From Novilysobacter viscosus (GTDB lineage Bacteria > Pseudomonadota > Gammaproteobacteria > Xanthomonadales > Xanthomonadaceae), in the NCBI RefSeq assembly GCF_046600715.1, contig NZ_JBJMAV010000001.1:149980-213979 (forward strand): a stretch of 64,000 nucleotides of DNA, written 5' to 3'. Shown piece by piece: positions 28,201 through 36,310 of the stretch (the stretch's first letter is position 1; each line of letters opens with the position of its first letter). The notes under the pieces are model-generated. The model did not search any database. It was given only the letters and a program-made list of their open reading frames with translations, and was not told the origin of the DNA. A program made the translations under genes and the position numbers.

Positions 28201-30597
28201 CTTTCCCAGTCCGGAAAGGATGCGGTCGGCCGCGTCCAGCACCGACTGGGCCTTGCGGTGGCGGTCGTCGAGCAGCGCCTGCTTGTGCGCGTCGAAGGTC
28301 TCCAGCAGCTCTTCGCGCTTGGTCAGGATGTCGCCCAGGAACCGCTCGTGTTCGCCGAACTGGCTCTCAAGCTCTTCGAGCTGGACCATCAGCCGGGACA
28401 GCTGCTCGTCGGCTTTCTCCGGGTCGGTCGCCAATCCCAGGGCGCCGGTGATCGCCTGCCCGAACAGCGTGAACTGCGCGCCGAACTGGGCCACGGCCTC
28501 GGCCGAACCCAGCGCCCTGCGGCGTTGCTCTGCACGCGCGCGTGCCTGGTTGAGGCGGCTGTAGATCGCCGATACGGCCTCCACCACGCGGGTGCGCTGG
28601 GCCGGGTCGTCGACCTTCAGCGTGGCCATCAGTTCCGACAGCATGTCCAGGTCCGATGACATCGCCTGGAGCGCGGCGAGGCTTTCGGCCAGCTCCGTGG
28701 CGGTCTCCGCGCTCCGGGCCCGGCCGTCCAGCGCCACGACACCGTCCAGGTAGGGCGCAAGTGCGGTGTCCGAGGCAAGGAACACGCCCGTGGCGGCTGC
28801 AACCCGCTCATGCTGGACTTGGAGTTCGGCCCCCAGCGCGTCGATCGCCGGGACATCGATATACCTGTGTTCGCGGATCGTCAGCAGGTGGCCGCGCTGG
28901 CGCGTGATCTCGTTGAGCGCATCGACGAACTCCTGCACCTGAGTCCAGTTTTCCGGGAGCAGCCGGGCCACCAGGGCGGCGTGGTCGTCGCGCGCATCGG
29001 CCATTGCCTGCGCGGACTGCCGGCGGATGCCCTGGACCTTCTCGAACTCGTCGAGGACCGACTCGCCGGTCGCGGCGATCTCGCGAACCAGGCTGGCCAC
29101 GCCATCGCAGTGGGCGTCATCGATCCAGTGGTGGGCGTCGAACAGCTTGCGGGTGTCGCGGACCAGCAACTGGTAGCGCTGCAGCGACACCTCCTCGCTG
29201 CCAATCTCACGGGCGAGGCTCACCAGGTTGGAGATGCCGCGCACCAGCTCGGCATTGCCCAGTCGTCCCAGGTAGGTATTGCTCTCCGGCCGGCTTGCGG
29301 CGAACTCGTCGCTCACGAACGGCGTTTGCCAGGCCTGCATCGGATGGATGCGGGTCGGCCCATCGCCTTCGGCGTGGAAGATGACCATCCGGCCGTCGGC
29401 AAGGCGCGCGTAACCATGGCCGAACACCGGGTTGTGCAGTTGCCGCTGGATCATGTTGTAGACGAACAGGGCCGACCTGCCGGGGACCTGGTCATAGAAG
29501 ATGTAAAGCACGTCCTCGCCATTGGGCGAGCGGATCGCACGCTTGAACTGCATGCCGGACATGGCCGCGTCGAAGGCCTTGTGCTCGCCGTTCTGGAGGT
29601 AGTAGCCGCCGGGGAAGATGATCCCGTGGTCCTCGGGCAGCTGCACGCACGCCTGGATGATCGCGTCGTTGCGCTGCACGCGGCCGGTGAGTGTGTTGTA
29701 GATGAAACCGCGCCACTGGTCCTCGCGGTAGGGGAGGACCTTGAGCAGGACCAGCGAGCCGACCCGGGCGAAATCGAAGGTGGCGTCGTCCAGCGACTGG
29801 GTCTTGTCCTCGACCGGTTCGGAGTGGATGCCCTGGCCGCTCTCGGTGTTGTCCTCGACCTTGATGGTGAGGTCGCCCCCGGTCGTCTCCACGAACAGGG
29901 TGTCGAGCACGTTCAGGTGCGGATGCCGGCCGTTGACCATCAACTCGCGCGTCGCACGCGTCCATTCGAAGTCGAAGGCTGGGGGCATCGTCAGGTCGCG
30001 CTCGCCGCGCGCGTCGATGTAGGTCGCCTCGCCGCCGGGCGTCAACGACCACCGGAACACCCGCACGTCCGTGGTGCGCTCGCCGATCTGGAACGAGGCC
30101 AGCAACCTGCCGTCGCGAACGACCAGCTGCAGGAGGCGGGCGTTCTTGTAATAGGCGTAGAGCTCGGTGAAGTCCCGAGTGAACTGCGGGTCGCCCAGGA
30201 AGCTGCCGGCAAGTTCAACCGGCACCACGTCGAACCCGTCTTCAGTGGATACCAGCTGGTAGAGGCCGAACACGTCCTCGATCCGTGTGCTGGTCTTGAG
30301 GCCGATGAAGACGTTGTAGCCGAACAGGATCAGGTGGCCGACCTGGACGATGTCGCGGCCGATGCAGTTGTTGTCGGTGCGCACGCGGACGCGACCGATG
30401 ACCTCCATGGTGCTGCTGCCGAATTCTTCCACGCGCCGGGCATTCATCCGCTCGGCGGCGTCGCGCAGGCGCCGGCCCTGGTCGGACAGGCGCCGACGCA
30501 GCACCTCGTAGGCGCCTCCCTGCGCGACGGCCTGGTCGATCGGGTCGGACCCCGGCGCGGGGGAGGGATTGGATTCGGCGGGCGTGTTGGACGTCAT
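25282..30597 (-). CDS. giant (1771-aa) protein with a MoxR/AAA_5-type ATPase module near the C-terminus
   Basis: Walker A SPPGYGKTTL (about 26686-26703). Walker B VMLYVDDIQHTHPEFLQKF (about 26490-26508), which is MoxR-like DExxxAxPexq. Sensor VVMAGNP (about 26367). The rest is a long helical / coiled-coil region. Start chosen at MTSNTP; the upstream 39 codons were rejected. Confidence 0.8.
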   Translation of the reverse strand: MTSNTPAESNPSPAPGSDPIDQAVAQGGAYEVLRRRLSDQGRRLRDAAERMNARRVEEFGSSTMEVIGRVRVRTDNNCIGRDIVQVGHLILFGYNVFIGLKTSTRIEDVFGLYQLVSTEDGFDVVPVELAGSFLGDPQFTRDFTELYAYYKNARLLQLVVRDGRLLASFQIGERTTDVRVFRWSLTPGGEATYIDARGERDLTMPPAFDFEWTRATRELMVNGRHPHLNVLDTLFVETTGGDLTIKVEDNTESGQGIHSEPVEDKTQSLDDATFDFARVGSLVLLKVLPYREDQWRGFIYNTLTGRVQRNDAIIQACVQLPEDHGIIFPGGYYLQNGEHKAFDAAMSGMQFKRAIRSPNGEDVLYIFYDQVPGRSALFVYNMIQRQLHNPVFGHGYARLADGRMVIFHAEGDGPTRIHPMQAWQTPFVSDEFAASRPESNTYLGRLGNAELVRGISNLVSLAREIGSEEVSLQRYQLLVRDTRKLFDAHHWIDDAHCDGVASLVREIAATGESVLDEFEKVQGIRRQSAQAMADARDDHAALVARLLPENWTQVQEFVDALNEITRQRGHLLTIREHRYIDVPAIDALGAELQVQHERVAAATGVFLASDTALAPYLDGVVALDGRARSAETATELAESLAALQAMSSDLDMLSELMATLKVDDPAQRTRVVEAVSAIYSRLNQARARAEQRRRALGSAEAVAQFGAQFTLFGQAITGALGLATDPEKADEQLSRLMVQLEELESQFGEHERFLGDILTKREELLETFDAHKQALLDDRHRKAQSVLDAADRILSGLGKRTEKFSSPDELNAFFAGDPLILKVRELAERLRSLKDSVKADDVEARLKGARDQAVRALRDRVDLFEGDGQVIRLGRHRFSVNTQPLDLTILPRGDRLALHLTGTDFMEPIEDARLAELREYWQLGLESESPALYRAEYLAGELVAAASAGSDGLDDETLQKLASDPDALARAVREFAAPRYRDGYERGIHDHDAALILRAFLAQRDVAGNLIHAPAPRALATLLLASHGDDADVAQWEPRAAGALAMHRLFGSRDSLDALRADMATRLAGFAQERGLPFDASCARAAADFLSDHLTSGEPGLVLSRQGRELAEMLESRLASASLQAPFQHTLDLLEDRPDARWQHVLHWLQALCNTPAAAAMAPYVPESAAWILARDALSFRDHPVALTTTVEGLLGDHPRISDGRMELAVDDLLARLRVHRERFVPGFRRYHQVRNEVAARERTALRLGEFQARPLSSFVRNKLINEVYLPIIGDNLAKQMGTAGEGKRSDLMGLLMMISPPGYGKTTLMEYVASRLGLVFMKINGPALGHEVRSVDPAQAPDATSRQELEKLNLAFEMGNNVMLYVDDIQHTHPEFLQKFISLCDGTRRVEGVWKGRTRTYDMRGKKFCVVMAGNPYTESGEVFKIPDMLANRADIYNLGDVLGGVEDTFTLSYVENSLTSSPLLAPLATRDLADLHRLVDKARGEQVSATDLSHAYSAAEINEFVETLVRVMKVRDVVYRVNQQYIASAAQADKYRTEPAFKLQGSYRNMNKLVEKISPVMNEGELQQLISDHYQGEAQLLTVGAEENLLKLKELRGVLTATEQARWAQIKHDFLRNKAMGAEDADVGGRVVAQLADIAGGLQAMGSAVAGPAGDAPAASESPPWKDALALLERVVADRRVDAPRPGTDDVDALVKTAIQPLVAAIHSSQGHQDQLSNAMLHLASAIRARMTARPPTGRAPHTPTPEERRLDEALARLHAGLADAPAAR

Positions 30598-30667
30598 CGT
30601 GGAACCTCGCCCGCGCAGGCGGGCCATCCATGCTGCAATCGGGAGGGCAGGCGTCGGAGGCGGTCGC

Positions 30668-30925
30668 TCAGGCAACCTCGACCGGTACCGGCCCCAGTTT
30701 CCGGCGCAGCGCATCCAGGCGCACCTTCATTGCGGAATCGATCTCGTCGGGCTGGATGCGCGAGATGATGTTGTTGAGGACACGGCTCTCGTCGTCGTTG
30801 ATGGTGCCGTCGCGTTCGGCGATCGCCACGATCCGGTCGAGCTCGGCCGCCTCCAGGCGTCCGTCGTCGGCGAAGCAGGTGATGGAGTGGAAGGCCATTT
30901 CCAGGTGGTCGCGATTCACGGTCAT
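30668..30925 (-). CDS. small TerB-like (tellurite-resistance TerB N-domain-like) protein
   Basis: 85 aa, FADDGRLEAAELDRIVAIAERDGTINDDESRVLNNII resembles the TerB/DjlA N-terminal acidic helical repeat. AAGGA RBS. Confidence 0.45.
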   Translation of the reverse strand: MTVNRDHLEMAFHSITCFADDGRLEAAELDRIVAIAERDGTINDDESRVLNNIISRIQPDEIDSAMKVRLDALRRKLGPVPVEVA

Positions 30926-30992
30926 TTCGTGTGTCCTTGCGGGGTGGGCAATGCCGGCGGCAGGGCTGCCGCCAGCCATCAGAAGGCCGGGG

Positions 30993-33008
30993 TCAGGCAC
31001 CTGCTTCGGGGGTCGCCGCTGCGGCGCGTTCGCCGGTTCCCGGCTGCGGAAGCGTTGCAGTCGCAGGTGTGACGGCGTTGACGCCGAGATAGCGACTCAG
31101 CAGGTCCTGCACGATCGGACTCTTGCCTGCCAGGCCTTCGACGGCCTTGCCCAGCGAGAGCGACTTGGAGAACGCTTCGAACAGGCCGCCGTCGCCGCCG
31201 ACCAGGTCGATGTTGGCATTGCGAAGGGCGGCGGCGATGACTTCCGCGTTCTCCTTGGCGACATCCTTGCCCGCGGAGATCGATGCCAGAGCCTGCTGGA
31301 GGTGGATGTCCAGCGACATGCGGAACTCCTCGTGGCTGCGCGCATCGACCGACAACGAGTCGATCGCCTCGAACTTGCGCGTCAAGCCTTCCGCTTCGGC
31401 CATGAGCTTCTTGACCGTCACGTTTGCCTCCGCGCCGCCGATGGCCTCGACCGAGGCGGCATTGGCGTGGCCGAGCTTGGTGGTGCCCTCGGCCTCGGCG
31501 GCCATGCGCTCGGCGAGGACGCGGGCATCGTTGGTGCCCTCCACCAGCCGCGCGGCAGCCTTGGCTTCGATCACGCGCGCCTCGGCGATACCGTGCTTCT
31601 CGATGGCCTGGGCCTCGGCTTCGCGGACCTGGACTTCGGCCAGTCCCGGGGCGGCCTGCTCGGCCTTGACGCCGTCGGCCAGCACCCGCTTGGCTTCGGC
31701 CTCGCGGTTGGCAGCTTCCAGTTCCGCCTGTGCAAGCGTGGTGCGTTCCACCGCCCGATGCTTGGCAGCGGTCTCCGCGGCCTCGGCTTCCTTGACCTTG
31801 TGGACCAGGGCTTCCTGCGCGGCGGCCTCGGCGGCCAGCACGCGGGCCTGCTTTTCGCGGTCGGCCTCGGACACCACGCGCACTTCGTTGATCCGCTCTT
31901 CCTCGATCGCGACGGTCTTGTCGATCGCGATGCGCTCGCGGGTGATGTTGGCTACGTCCTTCTTGCCGACCTCGACGACCTTGTCGCGCTCGACGGCCTG
32001 CAACTGGACCTCACGATCGGTGGTGACCTTCTCCAGCTCGCGGGCCCGGACCACGCGCTCTTCCTCGATCGCAACCGCGCGCTGGCGGTTCTGGCCGGCG
32101 ACTTCCACTTCGCGATTCACGTTCTGCTCGCGGATCTGGATCTTCTCGTCCGACTCGAGCCGGGCCTGCTCGGCGATCAGCCGCTGCTCTTCCCGCACGC
32201 GCGCGGTTTCGGCCTCCTCGCGCGCACGGATGGTCTCGATCTCGCGCTGCTGGCGGGCTTCCGCCTCCGCCTGCTGCCTTTCCAGCGCCAGGGTCGCCTC
32301 GCGTGCCTCGACGTTCTTCTTGGTGATCGCCAGCTTTTCGTTCTGCTCCAGCTCGTTGGTGACGACGTTCTGCGTCGCCGTGATCTGGGTGATCTTCTTG
32401 ATGCCCTCCGAATCCATGATGTTGTTCGGATCGAGGTCGGACTTCCGGGTCTGCTCGAGGTAGTCGATGGCGACGTCCTCCAGCACGTAGCCATTGAGGT
32501 CGTTGCCGATCACCTTGATGATCTCGTCGCGGAATTCCTGGCGCTTCTCGAACAGCTCGGTGAACTCGAACTTCTTGCCGACGGTCTTCAACGCCTCGGA
32601 GAACTTGGCGTTGAACAGCTCGTCCACGGCCGCCTTGTCGGATGCGCGTTCGGCACCGACGGCCTTGGCTACGCGCAGCACGTCCTGCTGGGTCTCGTTC
32701 ACCCGCAGGTAGAAGGCCACGGAGATGTCCGCGCGCATGTTGTCGCGGCAGATCAGGCCCTCGCGCCCACGGCGGTCGACCTGCAGCGTGATCAGGCTGA
32801 TCTGCATCAGCTCGGCCTTGTACAGCACCGGGATGATCAGGCCGCCGGTGAAGCGGACCTTCGGCGTCGCGCTCAGGTCGTTGACGATCAGTGCGGTGCC
32901 TTGCGGGACCTTGATGTAGAACGCCTTGAACAGGCCGAAGATGCCGAGCAACACGACGAGTAGAACGCCTGCGCCGACGACGAACGGCAGGATCATGGAC
33001 ATGGTCAT
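30993..33008 (-). CDS. flotillin / SPFH-domain protein (YqiK-like)
   Basis: N-terminal TM, SPFH core (PQGTALIVN...KVRFTGGLIIPVLYKAELMQISL), a LDPNNIMDSEGIKKITQ block matching E. coli YqiK, then a long EA-rich coiled coil. 671 aa. Confidence 0.85.
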   Translation of the reverse strand: MTMSMILPFVVGAGVLLVVLLGIFGLFKAFYIKVPQGTALIVNDLSATPKVRFTGGLIIPVLYKAELMQISLITLQVDRRGREGLICRDNMRADISVAFYLRVNETQQDVLRVAKAVGAERASDKAAVDELFNAKFSEALKTVGKKFEFTELFEKRQEFRDEIIKVIGNDLNGYVLEDVAIDYLEQTRKSDLDPNNIMDSEGIKKITQITATQNVVTNELEQNEKLAITKKNVEAREATLALERQQAEAEARQQREIETIRAREEAETARVREEQRLIAEQARLESDEKIQIREQNVNREVEVAGQNRQRAVAIEEERVVRARELEKVTTDREVQLQAVERDKVVEVGKKDVANITRERIAIDKTVAIEEERINEVRVVSEADREKQARVLAAEAAAQEALVHKVKEAEAAETAAKHRAVERTTLAQAELEAANREAEAKRVLADGVKAEQAAPGLAEVQVREAEAQAIEKHGIAEARVIEAKAAARLVEGTNDARVLAERMAAEAEGTTKLGHANAASVEAIGGAEANVTVKKLMAEAEGLTRKFEAIDSLSVDARSHEEFRMSLDIHLQQALASISAGKDVAKENAEVIAAALRNANIDLVGGDGGLFEAFSKSLSLGKAVEGLAGKSPIVQDLLSRYLGVNAVTPATATLPQPGTGERAAAATPEAGA

Positions 33009-33035
33009 TGCTACCTCTCCTTGGGATTCGAGCTC

Positions 33036-33671
33036 TTACAGGGTCTGGAACTGCCGTTCCGGTATCACGCGATAGGCATGCTGCGCATCGAGGTATTCGA
33101 TAAGCACGACGCGGTCGCCGCGTTTGAAGCGACCGGTCTCTCCGTCCCGCACCTGCAGCACCAGGCCCGCGCCGCCGTCGTCGACGGTGGCCGTGCCGTA
33201 GTCGGTGGCGACCTCCGGCGAGTTGACCACCGCCACGCGTCCCAGCAGCGACGGGTCAAGCGGTGGGCGCAGCTTGAGCAGCAACCGGCTCAGGGGGCGC
33301 AGCAGGACGGAGGTGAGCACGATGCCCGGGACCAGCATGGCCAGCGCGACGGCCGCGCCGGCGAACAGCCGCAGGCCCTCGCCCAGGTGGGCGAGTACGA
33401 GCAGGTGCACGAAATAGGTACCGATCCAACCCACGAACGCCAGCACGGTGGCCACCAGCATCAACGGGACACCTGACAGGCCGAGCCTTGAAATCATGGC
33501 GGCCGCGCCACTGGAGTCCGGGCTGTCGCCGTCGCCACCCAGCAGGCCGTCCAGTGCATCGATCTCGACCAGTCCGGTCGCTGCCAGGGCCCAGTAGATC
33601 GTGCAGACTGCCAGCACGACGCTGTAGGCGAGGGTGGGGAATGACAGTGCGGTTGTCAGGAACTCACTCAC
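33036..33671 (-). CDS. NfeD-like (YqiJ/DUF1449) membrane protein with C-terminal OB-fold
   Basis: Four TMs plus GRVAVVNSPEVATDYGTATVDDGGAGLVLQVRDGETGRFKRGDRVVLIEY, an NfeD beta-barrel. Canonical partner of flotillin. Confidence 0.75.
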   Translation of the reverse strand: MSEFLTTALSFPTLAYSVVLAVCTIYWALAATGLVEIDALDGLLGGDGDSPDSSGAAAMISRLGLSGVPLMLVATVLAFVGWIGTYFVHLLVLAHLGEGLRLFAGAAVALAMLVPGIVLTSVLLRPLSRLLLKLRPPLDPSLLGRVAVVNSPEVATDYGTATVDDGGAGLVLQVRDGETGRFKRGDRVVLIEYLDAQHAYRVIPERQFQTL

Positions 33672-34437
33672 GTGGGCTCTCCTTGCGGATGGTGGCGCGG
33701 CGCCGTTTCCGGGCCGGAGTCGCTTCCTTGCCTGCCGCGCCGGTCTCAGCGGCCTGGGCGGCCAGCCGGGTCAGCACGTTCTCGACGGCGGGGGGCGTGG
33801 CGGTGATTCCTGCTGCCTGGAGCTTCTCGTCGAGCGGATCGTGCGGGACGTTGCCGCTCGATGGCCGGGCCCGGGTCGGGGGGGTCGACTGGCGGGAACG
33901 CAGCAATTCCGCCGAATCGATCGCCGTCGGGATTCCGGTGCCGGTACCCGACGCGCCCCCTGCGAACGCCTTCTCCGCGCTGGCGACGGCCTCGGAGGCA
34001 CGCAGCAGGTCAAGCTCGTGCTTGAGGCGCCTGAGGGCGTTGTGTCCGTGCCGCACCATGGCATCCAGCTCGGAGGCCCGGTCCGCGTTGTCCGTGAGCA
34101 ATGCCTGTTCCGCATCGCGCTCGGATTCCAGCTCGACGATCGACAGGGCGACTTCGCGGGCAAGGGCTGGCTGGCCGGCCCGCAGCGCAGCCACCGCCTG
34201 GGCCTCGCGCTGCACGATCTTCTCCAGGGTCGCTTCGTGCCGTTCCTGCGCGGTGTAGCGCTGCGCTTTCAGTACGTCGAGTTCGCGCCGGAGCGTCTTG
34301 AGCTCCTCGTCCACGCGGTGGATGCGATCGTCCAGGGCACGTCCTGCATTCCACTCGCGGACTCCGCCGCGCACCGTGTCGCCGATATCGGCGATCTGTG
34401 CACCGAGGCGGGCCAGAAGGGTGTCGCGGCGCTTCAC
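33664..34437 (-). CDS. PspA/IM30 (Vipp1/YjfJ-like) family protein
   Basis: PspA-type coiled coil (LARLGAQIADIGDTVRGG...LKTLRRELDVLKAQRYTAQERHEATLEKIVQREAQAVAALRAG). 257 aa. Confidence 0.8.
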   Translation of the reverse strand: MKRRDTLLARLGAQIADIGDTVRGGVREWNAGRALDDRIHRVDEELKTLRRELDVLKAQRYTAQERHEATLEKIVQREAQAVAALRAGQPALAREVALSIVELESERDAEQALLTDNADRASELDAMVRHGHNALRRLKHELDLLRASEAVASAEKAFAGGASGTGTGIPTAIDSAELLRSRQSTPPTRARPSSGNVPHDPLDEKLQAAGITATPPAVENVLTRLAAQAAETGAAGKEATPARKRRRATIRKESPRE

Positions 34438-35093
34438 GATGCGCTTGCCTCGTCATGCGGCCACACCTCATCACGCAGGAAGGCCCCGTATGCATCGACA
34501 CATGCGATGACATTGCCCGCAAGTGCTTCGATCTCGAACAGGATGTCGGCCAGGGGGGAATGCGTGCCGAGCGATCCGAACATGACATAGCTCGGCACGC
34601 CGGCGACCGGCTCGATGCCCATCGTGGTCAGCGGCCACAGCTTGTGCGTGCGCAGGACGCGGGCATTGAAGGCGGCCGGATCGGACACGTGGTCGAGCGG
34701 CCACATCAACACCTGGACGACGATCTGCAGGCCGCCGACGGCGACGAAGACCGGAAGGTCACCGTAGTCGCGCATCACCAGGCGCAGCGTCGGGTCGGCA
34801 CCCTCGGAGCGGTGCACTTCGATGCTCCCGGATCCAACGGGGGTGGATCCTTCGATGGCGCGCTGCAGTGCGGCCAGCGTCCACCCCGGTTCGCCCGGAG
34901 TCTCGCGCAGGCAGTCGATCCCCGGGGCTTCGCCGGACGCGGGCGCCTGGCGAAAGCGTTGTTCGACAGCGGCCAGATCCTCCGAGAACTCGGGGCGGAT
35001 CCACACGTCCTTCTTGACGAGGCCGGCGTTGCGCATCCGCGCGCGGAACTCGCGTACGTAATCGGCGGACGAGCGTGGCTTCCCTGCTTTCAT
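34434..35093 (-). CDS. YjfI-like DUF2170 protein with an about 90-aa N-terminal extension
   Basis: C-terminal 130 aa, LPVFVAVGGLQIVVQVLMWPLDHVSDPAAFNARVLRTHKLWPLTTMGIEPVAGVPSYVMFGSLGTHSPLADILFEIEALAGNV, fits the YjfI family. First gene of the operon. Confidence 0.65.
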   Translation of the reverse strand: MKAGKPRSSADYVREFRARMRNAGLVKKDVWIRPEFSEDLAAVEQRFRQAPASGEAPGIDCLRETPGEPGWTLAALQRAIEGSTPVGSGSIEVHRSEGADPTLRLVMRDYGDLPVFVAVGGLQIVVQVLMWPLDHVSDPAAFNARVLRTHKLWPLTTMGIEPVAGVPSYVMFGSLGTHSPLADILFEIEALAGNVIACVDAYGAFLRDEVWPHDEASAS

Positions 35094-35117
35094 GTAAGCA
35101 TCCTAGTTTCTTACATG
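35091..35117 (-). promoter_or_regulatory. perfect 8-bp inverted repeat CATGTAAG-N11-CTTACATG overlapping the start codon / SD of the first operon gene
   Basis: Seen directly in the sequence. The mRNA would fold as CAUGUAAG-aaacuAGGAugc-CUUACAUG, with the SD in the loop and the AUG in the 3' arm. Lies in an AT-rich leader. Confidence 0.6.
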
Positions 35118-35142
35118 TAACTTTACAACCCGGCCACCTAGC

Positions 35143-35176
35143 GTGCCGACGAACGGTTCGTTCGCCCAATCGGCAC
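35143..35176. promoter_or_regulatory. nested palindrome GTGCCGAcgaacgGttcgttcgcccaaTCGGCAC in the operon leader
   Basis: 7-bp outer arms enclosing ACGAAC-g-GTTCGT. No T-run follows, so an operator is more likely than a terminator. Confidence 0.4.
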
Positions 35177-35215
35177 ATGGGCTCAGCCCCGGTCGTCCCC
35201 CGGCAGGCGCTTCTT

Positions 35216-36310
35216 CTAGAGCCCCCGCCATTCCCCGGTGGCAATGATCGCACGCAGCGCGGCGTCCGGGCCGGAGGCGTCCAGTCCGCGCTGTGCCAGC
35301 CACGCCCGGTCGTAGAGCGTTGCGTCGTAGCTTTCGCCCGGGTCGCACAGCAGGCTGACGATGCTGCCCTGCATGCCTGCCGTTCGCATGCGCGCTGCCA
35401 GTTGCAGGCATCCGACCAGGTTGGTGCCCGACGAGCCGCCATAACGCCGGCCAAGGTGTTCCTCCAACAAGTGCATGGCGGCGATGGAGGCGGTGTCGGG
35501 AACCTCGACCACGTCGTCGACCACGTCGAACAGGAAGCCCGGCTCCACGCGTGGTCGGCCGATGCCTTCGATCACCGTCGGCATGCTGCAGGTGGCATCG
35601 CGGTCGCGCTGGCGCCAGCCGTGGATGAACGCGCTGCCGGCGGGGTCGGCGACGCACAGGCCGGTCGGCAGGCTGCGGTAGCGCAGGTAGCGGCCGATGG
35701 TGGCCGAGGTTCCGCCGGTCCCCGCGCCGCAAACGATCCAGGCGGGCTCGGGGTGGGGTTCGCCGGCCAGCTGGCCGATGATCGATTCGGCGATGTTGTT
35801 GTTGCCGCGCCAGTCGGTGGCGCGTTCGGCCAGGCCGAACTGGTCGAGGTGGCAGGCCCCGTTGCGGGCATGCCAGTCGGCGCGCTCGTACACCTGCGCG
35901 GGGTCGTCGACCAGGTCGCAACGGCCCCCGAGCGCCTGCACGTCGGCGATCTTGCGCGGTGCGGTGCACGCCGGCATCACCGCGGTGAATTCCAGCCCGA
36001 GCAATCGCGCGAACCAGGCTTCCGAGATCGCGGTGCTGCCGGACGACGCGTCCACCACCGGCTGCCCACGCCGCAGGCGACCGTTGCACAGCGCATACAG
36101 GTACAGCGAGCGGGCGAGGCGGTGCTTGAGGCTGCCGGTGGGGTGGGCGGCTTCGTCCTTGAAGTAGAAGTCGATGCCGGGGAATCCCGGGAACCCGAGC
36201 TTCAGCAGGTGGGTGTCGGCCGATCGCGCGGCTTCCTGCCGCAGCCGGGCCAGCGACTGCCCGGTCCACTCGCGCATGTCCGCGACGGTCGGGGCAGGCG
36301 CGATGTTCAC
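35216..36310 (-). CDS. PLP-dependent cysteine-synthase-family (CysK/CBS/SbnA-like) enzyme
   Basis: PLP lysine motif PTGSLKHRLA, Gly-rich loop GAGTGGT, 364 aa. Confidence 0.75.
   Translation of the reverse strand: MNIAPAPTVADMREWTGQSLARLRQEAARSADTHLLKLGFPGFPGIDFYFKDEAAHPTGSLKHRLARSLYLYALCNGRLRRGQPVVDASSGSTAISEAWFARLLGLEFTAVMPACTAPRKIADVQALGGRCDLVDDPAQVYERADWHARNGACHLDQFGLAERATDWRGNNNIAESIIGQLAGEPHPEPAWIVCGAGTGGTSATIGRYLRYRSLPTGLCVADPAGSAFIHGWRQRDRDATCSMPTVIEGIGRPRVEPGFLFDVVDDVVEVPDTASIAAMHLLEEHLGRRYGGSSGTNLVGCLQLAARMRTAGMQGSIVSLLCDPGESYDATLYDRAWLAQRGLDASGPDAALRAIIATGEWRGL

Noticed and set aside
28810-32963. Long plus-strand ORFs (652 aa, 777 aa) overlapping the giant ATPase and flotillin genes
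   Set aside because: They are antisense to genes with clear motifs (AAA, SPFH). Composition is dominated by G/A/R/V/D/L repeats.
35143-35176. Nested palindrome as an intrinsic terminator for the upstream PLP gene
   Set aside because: There is no downstream U-tract on the minus strand. It is retained only as a possible operator.
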